Source: Eledone cirrhosa
Taxonomy: Eukaryota
Direction of reading: 5' to 3'
DNA length: 64,000 nucleotides
Assembly (NCBI GenBank): GCA_964016885.1
Contig: OZ024741.1
Span: 165,416,001 to 165,480,000, forward strand
The notes below the pieces were generated by a model. It made no database searches. It was not told the origin of the DNA and was given only the letters and a program-made list of their open reading frames with translations. Shown here piece after piece: positions 1 to 13,590 of this stretch. The position numbers were made by a program, and so were the translations under genes. The first letter of the stretch is position 1; each line of letters starts with the position of its first letter.

Positions 1-849
1 CCATGCTGGCAAGAGTTTATTTAACAGCTCATCACAGACCAAGTCAGTACTGCTATGGTTTTATAATGTCAATTATATTTTCAAAACAGAAGTCATACGA
101 TGATGGAAATATTAAAGAAAGATAAACACAAAATTAAGTAATGAAAAAACCAGAAGGTCTGGCTGTATAGGAAAGGACTATAAATGCTATAAATATGGAG
201 AAAGGACTATAAATGCTATTTCAGGAGAAAGAGAGGGAGGAGAGAGTGACAGGCAGTGCCTAGGTCACGTCAGTGTTTTAGTCTCAGATCGATTTCTGGG
301 AGTGAGGTGGGGCTGCATTTCATATACTTATATTCCTGTACTTTACAGAATATACTGGCTGCAATATACCATGGCACCAGCATTAGGGATGTTTATATCA
401 TTGATACAACCGAAGTTTGACATAGGTTCTATGACAAGATGCTCCCCCCAGCCTCCATCTTCATAACTCTAACCTCAGTGATAGAAAATGTCTTAAAACC
501 TCTTTGATCACAGGAAGGGCATTCAGCCATAAAACACTGCCTCAAAAATGTATCCAGTCCATGCCAGTGTGGAAAAGTAGATGTAAAATGATGATGGTGG
601 TAAATATATTGTTTCAAGCAGAAATCTTTTCTGTTTACAATTTAACTTGTTTGGTAAAAACCTGCCCAACACTGCCTTTGGTTCTATGATACAAAACAAC
701 CCGTTTTAAAGGGTTTTTACTTAAATCAAAATCTGCCAACATAAGTATATAAAAGAACCTTTTATTAAGTTGTTTTACAAGTATATTCTTAATAATGAAA
801 TAATTAATAATTTTAGTAAATCTCTTCAAACTCTTCATTAATTAATTCA

Positions 850-1036
850 GGGCGGTGGATTGGCAGTATCGGTAGAGGGTCGGACGCCATGCTTTCCAGC
901 ATAGTTACGTCCCTTTACCATCTGAGTTCAAATCCCGCCGAGGTTGACTTTGCCTTTCATCCTTACGGGGTCGATAAAATAAAGTACCAGTAATGCACTG
1001 GTAATTGCTGGCCTTGTGCCTAAAGTAGAAACAATT
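850..1036 (+). mobile_element. Dominant tRNA-derived SINE (family A), representative copy
   Basis: A-box TGGCAGTATCGG, B-box GAGTTCAAATCC, central GCCTTTCATCCTTACGGGGTCGATAAAATAAAGTACCAG, tail GTAGAAACAATTA. About 30 copies on both strands, e.g. 6053, 6326, 8300, 8527, 8748, 10925, 14502, 15410, 16980, 23743, 24023, 27800, 28075, 37905, 40900, 44363, 48948, 49805, 56085, 57780, 58172, 62637. Confidence 0.9.
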
Positions 1037-1379
1037 AATTAATTCAGTATCGGAAGAACGTCGGACACCCTGCTCCGCGGGATAGAATTACAGCCCTTTA
1101 CGTTCTGAGTTCAAATCCTGCTGAGGTTAGCTTTGCCTTTCATTCTTACGAGGTCGATTTAATCGACTTTCCCCTCCTGTTCAAATTGTGCCTAAAGTAG
1201 AAACAATTAATACAAATAAAGTGTAATTCATTAGAAATATGGTCAGAAAATGTTTAAAATCTATAGCCTTCTAAACAATTCGAAATAAGAGGTAATTTTA
1301 GATTTAGTTGTTTTTTTTCTTTTCATTTTCTTTAGTCAGCCAAGGAAGAGCAGTGTTCATAGCCTTTTTCAGGGCCTCC

Positions 1380-1680
1380 AATATTGAAAGAAATATATGC
1401 TGGCCTCCCACGCATATCTGTCGTTGTACGTAAAAGGAGAGTAAGATTTACTGGCCACTGCCATCGTGCCACCTATGAGGCTGTGTCCTCATTAGTTCTT
1501 TGGAAACCACAAGCAGTCACTAATAACAGAGGTCGCAAGCTCTCCTTTCCCGATATCATCTCCAGAGATTCTGGTATTGAAATTCAAGATTTGGCAGCGG
1601 CAATGAAAAACAGACCCACGTGGAGATCAATTGTTGAGTAAATTTCCGCTGGGGCTGCCGGATAATGATAATGATTGGAA
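1380..1680 (+). mobile_element. RTE-type LINE 3' end
   Basis: RRVRFTGHCHR...LVLWKP...RGRKLSFPDII.RD...AMKNRPTWRSIV followed by a short GAT/AAT tail. Confidence 0.75.
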
Positions 1681-2088
1681 TGAAGGAAAGAGGAAGGAAT
1701 CTGCAAACCAAAGATCTAGCTTAAATGCTCAGAATAGCGTGTGTTCTACAAAAGGTAGCCAAGGGCCAGGTGGTGGTATTAAATTGGGTCACAGATTAAA
1801 TCTACCACAACAGGATTTTTAGTATGCAAAGAACTGGATATAATACCACACCACATCTCATATAATGCTTTAAGAATTCTACTGCCCACAGCTGGTACTT
1901 TATTTTATCAACTATAAAAGGATGAAAGGCAAAGTTGACCAGAACAGGATTTGAACTCAGATTGCAAAGAACTGGAACAAGTACCCTAACTCGTTTTTAC
2001 CAACCACTCTTAATGGTTCTGCCAAACTGCAGCCTATGTACCAATACACCTCTCTAGATGTATAAGTATGTTTTGATACAGTTGCAAG

Positions 2089-2262
2089 CAGTGCCAGATT
2101 TAGGACAAATGAGACCCTCTCCTAGTTAAATCATGAGGCCCCTTACTTGGGTCCTGAAGAAGGTAAACATTTTTGGCAGGAAGATGCCCCCCCCCCCCCC
2201 CTCCCAGGCCCACGGGGCCTTGTGCTTAAACACACCTAAGCACAATGGTAAATCTGGCACTG
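2089..2262. mobile_element. hAT-type MITE
   Basis: TIR CAGTGCCAGATTTA with 8-bp TSD gttgcaag/gttacaag. Confidence 0.85.
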
Positions 2263-3325
2263 GTTACAAGTGTAAGGTGTGAGAATCTGATTTCCTCTTT
2301 GTCTAAAATATCTAACACTTTTAAACTGTTAGACCTACAATTATTGACAAATCCAAATCCAGAGATATTTACATAGAAACAGTGTTCAATTGAAAAGAAA
2401 TCAGTTTAGTTTTGAAGTTTGACAGCTGAGATTTGTTTTTAACTAGTGTTGATATTTCTTCAGATGTGAATTAGAGCATGCTGCAGGTCTTTCATGATAA
2501 AAAGGCTTTATAAAAGCAAGTAACTTAATGAGAAGAGAAAAGAGGCAACACTGAAATGACTGACTATGCTTGAGATATTTAATGTGATGTTAACACATAT
2601 CAAAAGTAACAGAAAATGATGATAAGAAGAAGCAAAGCGAAATAGGAGAAATGGAAGGTGGAGAAAAGGAAGGTGGGAAAAGTGGAGAAGTGGTGGGGAG
2701 ACAAAGTAGGGGAAGGAAAGGAAGAAACAAAAGCAGAGGGTGTGCATTTCATTTACATTGGAAGTTTATACATCAATAAGATTGTGTAATAGAAATTGTG
2801 TAAACAGTTTTGACATAGGAAGAAACACTTGGCGCTATATATACCTCAATAAAGAGTGAAAAAATAGATGGAATTCCATAAGAGGCTAGTAGTGTCAGTA
2901 GGTATATGTGACACCAAATTAACCTATTTTATAATGAAACAAAGTTGATTTCACTGAAAGGGAGGGGGTTAAGGAGATGTGTATCAAAAAATTTATCCGT
3001 TAAGTGGATGTTTAAGTTGAGGAAACTAGAGAAAGGAAATGTAAGTTAAGTAATTAAAATGTTGCTAAAGTATAGTTAAGGTAAATGCTCATTAGTGTTG
3101 TAATTATAACGTGTAACATGTAAGAAATAATCCTTAGAATCAATGTGATGATAAATATAATTAAAAAATAAAACATGAGTTTAGCTTTGCCTTCTAGCAA
3201 TATTGATCAATATAGAACAAATTGATTTCAGAGGCCTCGTGATGATAATAATAATAAATAGATTAATAAATAAATAAAGTGTGATAAGCAGAACTATTAG
3301 ATACATTGTTCCCACACTTACACAC

Positions 3326-3358
<33 letters not shown>

Positions 3359-3916
3359 TATACACATACACACATACATACATGATGGCTGCAACTCAAT
3401 TTCGAGTAATGTCATCGTTTGATACTTAAGCATGAGCATCGCAGACGTGGCTTTTTCATCCTGCTAGGAACTTGACTATGGCCAGTAATACTATGCATAT
3501 CAAGTGATGTCTGTGTTTGAAGCTTTTTTAAGTGAGGAAAGGCTTTACACAGGGCCAATCCCACTCTCTGAACATCAAATGCATGTGCCTAAAAAGAAGA
3601 ACTGGTCTACATCATTAGATGCAAATGAAGTTGCAGGTTTTATATCAGAGTGACCTTCTCCTAGAGAGATATCAATGAAGACTAGGAATCTCTCGCTCCA
3701 CAAAAAAAAAAACTTTATTGGAAGGCCGTTCACTCTCCTGAGTTCCTCCACATACATACATACTCCAAACATTCTGCATCGAATAACTGCATATGTACAT
3801 ATACAAAGCACATGCACAAATATAACTCAAATCCACACATACAATAACATCCATACCTGCACAAACAGGCATGCATGCATGCAGTCATGCATACATATCT
3901 ACCTAGTTGATGTCCT

Positions 3917-4111
3917 TTAACCCTTTAATGTTCAAACCGGCTGTTGAAACTGGCTGTAACTGGTCACTTAAACTGATGTTAAGGTATTGTTCTCAAAATA
4001 AATACTTTAAAAATCTCAGAGATTCGATATTATATGAGATAATTATGCGAGGTAAAGCCTTTACCATGAAGATATAGTATATATAGAGTAATGTGAATGC
4101 TAAAGGGTTAA
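3917..4111. mobile_element. piggyBac-type MITE (TTAA-CCCTTT...AAAGGG-TTAA)
   Basis: TTAA duplication and CCC termini. Further copies at 16540-16746, 16876-17314, about 19473-19670, 22175-22455 and 62110-62328. A second TTAA family occurs at about 50592-50831, 51595-51896, 60753-60980, 61612-62086 and 63790-63928. Confidence 0.75.
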
Positions 4112-4244
4112 ATTCCAATGAGAGAGAGCCTTGTATCTATGTTAGAAACTGACTCTCTCTCTATTGGTAAAAATTTATAAAACCAGAAGGACATACATAC
4201 GTACGTATATATTGAAAACAATTTGTTTCATAGGGTAAATTTAC

Positions 4245-4520
4245 ACACACATGTCCACCAGTCCGAACACAGAGGAACTAAACTCCCACTGTCATTGCCT
4301 CCGTCTCTCCTGCCCTTCGCATCTCTCATTATTATGAGTAAATGGGTCCCACGTGCTGGCCGCCCCACTGCCCCGGTGGACAGAATAGAGAAGGCGCTTC
4401 CTCTGAGGATGGTGAGGGAGATGCGGTGGAAGAGCCATTCCAGTTTGCGAGACTCACACCTGCGGCTAGCCAGCTCTGCGCCTATGGTGGTGAGTAGGGA
4501 GGTGGCCCTAGGGCCAAGGA
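4245..4520. repeat. Unclassified GC-rich interspersed repeat
   Basis: Homologous copies at about 47325-47600, 47805-47880, 37670-37830 (inverse) and 53755-53950 (inverse). No coding motif recognised. Confidence 0.7.
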
Positions 4521-4923
4521 TGTGGATGAAATGTTCCTACAGGCTATGTGATGGTGTTAAACTAGACAATAGAGTGAACACTATGAAAAACTCCAAAGGT
4601 ATCATGTGATGGTATTAAATTGAACAAAAAATTGTTTACCCTACAAATAGTCTACAACAAATTTACCCCCAAATAGTCTACAAATTTACCCCAACCAAAA
4701 TAGTCTAAAAATTTAACCCCCACCCCCACCCCAATAGTCTACAACAAGATTTGAACTCAGAACACGAAGCACCAGAATAAATACCACAAGGTATTCCATC
4801 TGCCACTCTAAATGCTAATCCACAGTCCTGGAAGGATGTAAAAGTAAAGTTGTTTTAAACTGTGACGTAGAGAGCCAGAATAGATACTGCAAGACTTTTA
4901 GATATAGATATAATGATATTGGT

Positions 4924-6596
4924 CAGAGGTTCTCAATGTAGGCGCTACCGCCTCCTGTGAGCATTGAGAAGATGCAGGGGATGCTGGGCGGGGTAGATGA
5001 TATAATAGTATATTAAATATCTATAAATATAGTAAAATAAAAAAAAATATATAATATCTATTTATACATAGTGTATAATATATTACTTATATATAAATTA
5101 ATGATTTTATTTATTATATATTATTAACAGAAAAACCACCCTTCGAGTGGTATTCTGCTAGCATGTGTAGAGTGCATATTGATATTATACACAAATATTA
5201 CATGCATGTAGATATGATATGTCAAATAAAGTCGTAATTGACAATATGTAGAGAAATTGAAGACAGACTATGTTACACTGGCTTCTGTAATCAGTAAAGT
5301 AATCCATGATACATTTAAAAAAGAAGATATTATATATAAACTGTATTACGGTAAAATGTAATGAAAACGAAAAAGAAGAAAATTAGCGACAGAAATATAA
5401 ATGTTATAATATAATGATGCAAATGTATGAAGGTTTATATAAGCGATATAATATAGCGTCTGTTATATCATAACCGGAAGTATTGATATTTGAAAATTTT
5501 AAAAGAAGTGAATCTTAAAATAAGCACTCGTTATATATAAGAATATTTATGTTTAAATATGGAGGCACATGGCTTAGTGGTTAGAGCATTGGCCTTGCAA
5601 TCGAAAGGTTGTGAGTTCAATTCTCGGACCCGGTGATGTGTTGTTTCCTTGAGCAAGACACTTTATTTCACATTGCTCCAGTTTACTCAGCTGTAGAAAT
5701 GAGATGATAGGGACTGGGGTCCATATCATTCCACTGCAAAGTGGTCATGGAGGTGCCACGGCAAAAAGGCACCCAGCACTCACTGTAAATGAGGTTGGTG
5801 TTAGGAAGGGCATCCAGCTGTAGAAATCAAGTCAGAATCAGTTCCTGTCCCACCCTTGCAAGCAGGGAAAAAGCGGACGTAAAATGAAATGATGATGATG
5901 ATGATGATGAATTAACAGCTACGAAATTTAGTGCATAAATTATGTAATATTCATTCATTATTTATTCAAGTGGTGGATTGGCAGTATCGGTAGAGGTTCT
6001 GACGCCATGCTTTGCAGCAAAGAGTTACGGCCCTTTATTATTATTATTATAAGGGCGGTGGATTGGCAGTATTGGTAGAGGGTCGGGCGCTATACTTTGA
6101 AGCATAGAGTTACCTCCCTTTATGATCTGAGTTCAAATCCCGCCGAGGTTAACTTTGCCTTTCATCCTTACGGGGGTCGATAAAATAAAGTACCAGTAAT
6201 ACACTGGGATAATTGCTCGCCTTGTACCAAAAGTAGAAACAATTATTTATTCAAAGTAATACAACTTATTTTACTAACAGTATAAAAAAATATATTCAGA
6301 AAACAGTCCTGCACTCCTTCCTTCTGGCAGTATCGGTAGAGGGTTGGAAGCTACGCTTTGCAGTATAGAGTTACTCCCCTTTTCGGTCTGAGTTCAAATC
6401 CAACCAAGGTTAACTTTGCCTTTCATCCTTATGAGGTCGATAAAATAAAGTACCAGTAATGCACTGGAATAATTGGTGGCTGTGTGCCAAAAGTAGAAAC
6501 AATTATTTTATGGTTTACAATTTGCGTGTAGGTAGGTCTCTCTGAAAATATTACGTGGGGGGGGGGGGGGGGGGCACAAAGTTTGAGAATCTCTGA
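4924..6596. mobile_element. hAT/Charlie-like MITE split by nested Helitron and SINEs
   Basis: Terminal CAGAGGTTCTCAA and TTGAGAATCTCTG inverted repeats. The TSD is not clean. Confidence 0.5.
5561..5910 (+). mobile_element. Second tRNA-derived SINE (family B) with (ATG)n tail
   Basis: A-box TGGCTTAGTGG, B-box GAGTTCAATTC, CCTTGAGCAAGACACTT central motif, AAAAGGCACCCAGCAC module and GGACGTAAAATG(ATG)n tail. Many partial copies, e.g. 7575-7790, 25307-25600, 41435-41700, 52050-52265, 54330-54725, 61328-61590. Confidence 0.8.
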
Positions 6597-9364
6597 TACA
6601 GATGATAAATTGTTAGATATAGATTGAATTATAGACAATTAATCAGATGATTGGTTGTGATAAAGATAAATGTCAGTGATATAATCAATGATAATTAAGA
6701 AATCAATAAAAACTGGTTGATTTATGTTTTATAGTGATGAGGAGTTTCAAGGACTTATCACCGTTGACTGAGTGGATTTCTTTTAATAAAAAATACCAAC
6801 ATATTAATAAAGACTTGTAATGTTAGCTTCTATAAAGTCACTCATCAACACCACCACCATTGTCATTTTTAATGTCCGTTTTCCCTGCCATCAAGAGTTA
6901 GTTGTGTTGTTACAGACTAAGTCCTAAATCAGTACTTAGTGATACTAATCTCTCACATGGGCCAGGGGCTGCATCTAACCCACATACGTTCCCGCACTTT
7001 ACAGAATGTACTGGGTGCATTATATCATTGCACTAGCATTGGGGAGGTTGTCATGTCTTTGACATAGCTGATAAGTTTTCTCGACCCTTTGTCTGGCAAG
7101 GTTTCTACAGCTGGATGCCCTTTCTGTCACAAACTACTTTACAGAGGGTAGTGGGTACATTTTATTGAATCACCAGCATTAGAGAGATTGTCATGTCTTT
7201 GACACGACTTAAGAGGCCTATCAGCACTTTAGCATGGTTTCTAAAGTTGGATGCCCTTCCAGTCCCCAACTACATTGGTGTGTACTTAACATGTTCATAA
7301 ATCTCACCAAATACATAAAAATTCTTTAAATAGGAAGATATTATTTCAAATTTTAAGTATTGAGATAACAGGATGGACAAATAAAACGTTTTTGGTGCTC
7401 CAAAAGTTGAATCATTTTAAATATATGGCCAGTTATTCCTGAGCCAGGGGTTCGTTTTAGCAGAATTCACCTGAACTACTGAAGAATACTGGCATTAACA
7501 ATAACCTATACACGTGTTTGTGGGGAAGTATTCATTTTGACATGACAACAATATTCTCACAGACACAACAAACGCGCCCAGTCCACATTGTAAAGTAGTT
7601 GTTTGGTGCCACGATAAAAGGTACCCAATCCACATTGTAAATGTGATTGGCATTAGGAAGGGCATTCAGCCATAGAAACCAAGGCAGAAACAGTTCTGTA
7701 TGAGCAAGACACAGTCACCTTGACATGACTTGTCTCAAATGTGACAACTCATCTAACATATGCTAGTGTAGAAAAATGGATGTTAGACAGTGATGGTGGT
7801 GGTAGTGATGGTGGTGGTGGTGATGACGGTGGTAGTGGTGGTGATGGTAGTGGTGGTGATGGTGGTGGTGGTGATGATGATGACAACGATCATCATCATC
7901 ATCATCATCATTAGAATAGTAAAGAAAAAATAAAGACAGCAACACACACACACACACACACACAATGCACAGCAACAAATATAGACATTAACACTAGAAA
8001 ACAAAACACATATATACATATTTATAACAGATGGATAATATGAATTTAAATTCTGAAAAAATATTGTCATGATTAGCTTGGTGAGCAACAGCAATGGCTA
8101 ACATGTTTGTGATGACCATTGTGGTGGACTCTCACAAACAGTAGAGTTATGGATTTGTTTGAGCTATGTCTACATTGAAGAATGGACATTAAACCTTTTG
8201 TCAGCTAACCTTAAGAAACTGCCAGTGGTTTGGTAATAGAAAGCTGCCTACTTTAAAATGTTGATATTTATCTAATGCAAACTTCTATCATCAGCATTAC
8301 AATTGTTTCTACATTTGGCACAAGGTCAGCAATTTGAGGGAGGGGGGAAGTAGATTAAATTGACCCCCAGTGCATTACTGGTGCTTTATTTTATCGACCC
8401 CGTAAAGATGAAAGGCAAAGTTATCCTCGGCAGGATTTGACCTCAGAACTTAAAGGGTCATAACTATACTTCAAAGCATGGTGTCTGATGCTCTTACCAA
8501 TACTGCCAATCCACAATAATTGTGGATTGCCAGCAATTACCCCAGTGCATTACTGATACTTTATCTTGTCGACTACGTAAGGATGAAGGGCAAAGCTAAC
8601 TTCGGCGGGATTTGAACACAGAACGTAAAGGGCCATAACTCTATGCTGCAAAGCATGGTGTCTGATTCTCAGTAGATACTGCCAATCCACTGCCTTCATC
8701 ATTTGCATAATAATGAGAAAATTAGTTTAGTTATATTTCTAAATGTAAGGCAGCGAATTAGCAGAGTCATTAGAAAGTCAGATAGAATGCTTTGTGGTAT
8801 TTATTTCGGCTCTCAGCTTTCTGAGTTCAAATCCCGCTGAGGTCAACTTTGCATTTCATCCATTCAAGGTTGATTAAAAAAAAAAAGTACCAGTCTACTA
8901 CTGAGGTCGATTCTTCCTCTATATCTCTTTCTCACTTCCATTATCTTACTCTCTCTATCCTTCTCTGGAAGAAATCTGCTGTATTCAGACCTGGAGAGGA
9001 GATGGGCTCCACCAGGTTTTAAAAGTGCCCTAGAAACACTGTATGTCAATATAGCGCCCCTATGACTCCTCACGAATTACAGGACCGTACATATTTATAA
9101 AAACCTCTAATATTTTGATTCTTTTTCAAAATTATCTCAAAATAATATAGGCAGTGTCTTTCATTGGAAATATAGTAACATTAAAACAATGATGATGATG
9201 ATTGTCTGAGGAAACTGAATAAGAAGATAACACTGTGACTATAAGCAAACTAGAGTTACTCTAAGTAAAGTTTTCAATGATAATCTATGAAACCAAGAGA
9301 CAAGAATGAACTGTCAAATAAAGATAAACCAGTGAAATAATTTCCCTCTATGTAACATATACAG

Positions 9365-10500
9365 GATGAGAGCGGTGAGACTGGCTGAAAAGAACAGGCC
9401 TCAGGCATAAGGGTTCAAGGCGCCATGAATGAAGCTGTTGAGTGCCACAATTGCACTCAGAAGGCGGTGCCTAGCTTCGGCTGATAGGGGGATAGCAACA
9501 CATTGAGGTGGCCAGGTCAGAGACATTCAGCACCTCTGCTGCTGCTAGCAGGGAAGGACTTAATGGCAGACATGTCTGTGTCTCATCTCATAAACAGAAG
9601 GTGGAGGTACGGGTCTGAGGTCTGCGGAGGGTTCAGGATGTTTGAGACAAAGATCAGCTAGGACCTCCTCCGTGGGGCGGAGCACGGTGTCCTCCTTGGC
9701 AACCACTCTGACCGCAGCCAAGACATCACCCTCGATTAATTTTGCGTTTATGCGGTCATGTAAATGCTTTGTGTTGGCCTCAGGGGTAGCGGATTGGGGA
9801 CACCTGAGTGCAGAGGATGTGGTGACCTTGGGCACACTAGGGATGAGCGCTTGCCCAAAGGACAAAACATTGGTCTTGGCAAAAGCTGCTGTCGACAGGC
9901 TGCCTCGGTCAACGCCAAAGATGGGGAGGCCGAGGGCAAGTGGAGCTAAATAGAAGAGGCGCTCCCAGTCACTGGCTCGATTAGAGTCCAGTGCCTTCTC
10001 GATTGAGGATGTGAAGGCATCTGCCACCGGCACCTGGGCTGATTTCGGGATCTTGAGCGGGATCTTCCGGAACCGCCAGAGCCGAGCGATGTTGACCAAC
10101 GAGGCTTGAGCATCAGACAAGCTCGCTGTCTCATCTGGTGGTGTAGTAGACAGCCATAGATGTGCAGACGAGGGGAAGAGACAGTTGTTGCATCTCGTTG
10201 CTGTGAGGGTACTGGAGGCTCGACATGTCAGGCTAACTCAAGAAAGGTGGTGGAAACAGCCGCACCCTGAACAGTTCCGGCCTTTGTTCCGCCTGTTCGT
10301 GGTGGTGTGCTGCAGGTGTCACATGGTGGGGTATGGAGCAGGAGACTGAAGCACTATGTGGCAACATGGGTGTGTGTGACTGGTTGTCTCTGACCAGGGC
10401 TCTTCGCTCAATGGTGGTTGGGAATCAAGGGGAAGTAGACAGGGTGGTGATATGAAGGAGGTAGCATATCTCACCAACACCAGATCCGATGGCAACAGCA
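9365..10500 (-). mobile_element. CRE-type non-LTR retrotransposon 5' fragment (decayed ORF upstream of RT)
   Basis: GC-rich island. ORF 9560-10120 has KIPKSA..VA...W..LF...KLIEGDVLAAVRVV..D......VL..L..KHP, continuing out of frame into SFPASSSRGAECL*PGHL, like the GSAGG.DGLRP.HL pre-RT motif of CRE elements. Confidence 0.7.
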
Positions 10501-11511
10501 ACAAAACAAAAAAAAGAGGGGAATAGGGTTTAAATTTAAGACAATGTATCACTTTGAAATAAATGTTTCTTTAACTTCTCAGCAACGATACTTCCAGAAT
10601 TGAAATAAAGTTTGCTTATAAACTTCAATATTTTAAAGTGAAAGTAAATAACACTACAATCCATAATAACGTTTAAAACATGTATCACTTTGAAATAAAT
10701 GTTTCTAAGCAATGAAAATACTTCCGGATTTGACATAAAAGTTTGTTCATTAACTTCAATATTTTCAAAATTAAAGTCTTTAATACAATATTTTACAAAA
10801 ATCTGCCTGCCAGTAAAGATACTCTATATACATTTGAATTTGATTGTGTCATACATTAGACTAATTTTTAGATATTTTCTGTTAAATCATTACAGGATAT
10901 TGAGAATTAATGTTCTACTCTAATAATTGTTTCTACGTTTGGCACATGGCCAGCAATTTGAAGGGAAGAGGAAAGTCGAATAAATCGACTTCAGCGCATT
11001 ACTGGTACTTTATTTTACCGGCCCCTGTAAGGATGAAAGGCAAAGCTAACCTCGGTGGGATTTGAACTCAGAATGTAAAGGACAATAACTCTATACCGTA
11101 AAGGATAGTGTCTGACGGTGTAGCTCTAATAATGGAAAAACTGTGTGTAAAGGAGATACTGGAAGCAATATCAATTGAATTATAGAAGGCACATATGCAG
11201 TTGTAAGCAACCTAGTAATGGTTGCTGAATAAAACAAATATAAATACATTATATAGATGTTTTATATTGAATGCAAATGAAACAACATTCTCTTTCGACA
11301 TATGTCTTTCATGAGCTGAGGAACACAACAACACACACACGTGCATGCACATGCATATACTACTGTTAAATGAAAAGATGATCTTTACAGCTTACACCTA
11401 TGCAAGAGTAACTGGCCTCCTATGAGGTTGCATCTCACAGGAGGTATTTTGGGTGTCTCAGTCATATGATGAAAACAATATGAATTCAGGCATCTTGCTC
11501 AAGACCACAAT

Positions 11512-11672
11512 CAGTGCCGGATTTACCATTGTACTTAGGTGTGCTTAAGCACAGGGCCCCGTTGGCGGGGGGGCATTTTCCTGTCCCCCTTCCCAATTTT
11601 TATGGCGAATTTTTCAAATGTTTGGGTCCTCATAACTAACACAGGATCCTATTTGTCATAAATCTGGCACTG
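11512..11672. mobile_element. hAT-type MITE (same family), inserted in a SINE
   Basis: TIR CAGTGCCGGATTTA with TSD accacaat/atcacaat. Confidence 0.85.
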
Positions 11673-12505
11673 ATCACAATATGTCACATGGTCCAAGAAT
11701 CAAACCCACGATATGATCATGAGTTCAACACCCTAACCAATAGGCCACACAACTATTACTCCCACACCATTGATACATAAACACACATAGTTAATAAATA
11801 ACCATAATTTTTTCCAACATATGATATGTATGAAAATATTATTGCTTTCGTTTTCCTATACATACAAGGTCTACAATCTACTGACTAGTAAGCGGATAGT
11901 GTAGCCACCTAGCCAAATGAAACTACACTACTGGCATAGTTGTTCTAGTCAGCGTGGTCATGCTGGGGCACCAGCTTGACTAATAAAAGACTCATCTTGC
12001 ATCATTATCATTTCTGATCACTTTTTCTATGTTAGCATGGGCTGGGCGGGACTTTTTAAGGCAATATTTCATAGTTGGATGCTCTTCCTGAAGCCAACTC
12101 TTGTTTCCAAGTTAGATACTGGTTTGAGGGCATAATGTTTAAGCTGGACATAAAGAGACAACACTAGCTACCCAAGCAGCTTCAATGAGAAGGACGACAC
12201 ACACACACACACACACACATATATAAAGTTTACCAGGTGGTGATATTAAGTTAGACATGGCCTGGGCTAATACTGGCCAAAACCTATCAAATATATATAT
12301 ATGAATGGGTTGGGACCCGACGGTTGAGCTCTTGCCATTTCAGACTGGTATATATATATATATAGTGTAGATGATTCAGTGAATTACTAATGTTGTCACC
12401 AAAGCAAACACTCTATGCTCAGGCAGAGTGTATATATTAGGAAATAAATGAGGAAATTTCATTTACATGTATAAGATATTTATTGTGTATCGACCTGTTA
12501 CGCGC

Positions 12506-12540
<35 letters not shown>

Positions 12541-12738
12541 ACAGGGAGAAAGAGACGATTGTGAGGAAGAAAAATTTTTTTTTTTCCATTTTTTTTTGTG
12601 TCTCTGTCTCTCTTTTTTCTGGGTTAGAAAATGATTAAAACAAAATGTTTTACTTTGTGTGAAGTGTTAAGGTATTAGTTGATTTATTTATTATTTAACA
12701 ATGGCATTTATTTATCTATTTATATATTTAATTATTAT

Positions 12739-12780
12739 CTATTACCGGTTTCTGCATTTATATGCATTATCAAATGATAG
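12739..12780 (-). ncRNA. Degenerate hammerhead motif (fifth family)
   Basis: Minus strand CTATcat-TTGATAA-TGCAT-ataa-ATGCA-GAAA-CCGG-TA-ATAG: stem II, GAAA and palindromic ACCGGT are retained, with the core two transitions from CTGATGA. Lies between (TA)n tracts. Confidence 0.45.
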
Positions 12781-12792
12781 TGAAATGTATTA

Positions 12793-12856
<64 letters not shown>

Positions 12857-13049
12857 TTCAGTTAGGGTCTAAAGACATGCTAACTCTATACTCGATAGAA
12901 CGTAGGAAAATATGTGAGCAGAACGCAGGCGGCTCAGCCTGTCTGGGAGGTCAGTAGCTCCACTTCAGTACTGACTTGGTCTATGTAGTCCCATCCAACC
13001 TTTTCTAGCAGGGACAGTGGACATTAAAACATGATGACACACACATACA

Positions 13050-13251
13050 TACGAGGGTCGGCTGAAATGTTCATAAGTTGATTATGAAGGAGATATGCTA
13101 GAGCTGTGAAATCTTGTATTCATTAATTTCAACTCTTCTTATTAGTAACTGCATTGTTTCTTTCCAGGAATTATGTTGAAAAATAAACCTCATTTTCTCA
13201 TTCCGTGAGAGTATCTTGGTCAGCCTATGAACTTTTCAGTCGGCCCTCGTA
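13050..13251. mobile_element. Tc1/mariner-type MITE
   Basis: TA-flanked TIR CGAGGGTCGGCTGAAATGTTCATA / TATGAACTTTTCAGTCGGCCCTCG. Confidence 0.8.
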
Positions 13252-13477
13252 CACTGAGCTCCCACATGATTTCCATCTACTGAATTTACAAGACATTAAT
13301 CAGGTCATAGCTGCAATAGAAACATTTGTCGAAGGTGGCACATAGTGTGATAGAACCCCCAAACCACATGGTTGCCAAGCAAACTTCTTAAGCATACAAC
13401 CATACCTGTGACCAAAACAGCCCAATTTTAGAGTCAGTACAAAATAATTTTTAGAGAGATCAAAGTTTCAACTTTAC

Positions 13478-13590
13478 CATCTGAACTAAGGCCGGGACTG
13501 GAAGTAAATTTGGCGACATCCACAATTTTGACAGCAAATTGCTGTCCACTCTCTCGATGGACACATCTCCGGACCACACTGAATGGGCCC
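13478..13590 (-). CDS. CASK: CASK/lin-2/caki internal exon (equivalent of exon 2), N-lobe of the CaMK-like domain
   Basis: Minus strand reads ttttcttctag|G GGC CCA TTC...TCA GAT G|gtaaagt, 113 nt with canonical AG/GT. It translates (K)[37 protein letters not shown], nearly identical to vertebrate [42 protein letters not shown], including the CASK-type GPF Gly loop and the AVK lysine. Length and phase match my recollection of vertebrate exon 2. Neighbouring exons were not found by eye. Confidence 0.96.

Noticed and set aside
850-940. tRNA gene
   Set aside because: A and B boxes belong to a multi-copy SINE head. No complete cloverleaf or terminator.
7763-8094. Poly-His and poly-Thr ORFs
   Set aside because: Translation of the (GGT)n/(CAT)n tail of a SINE.
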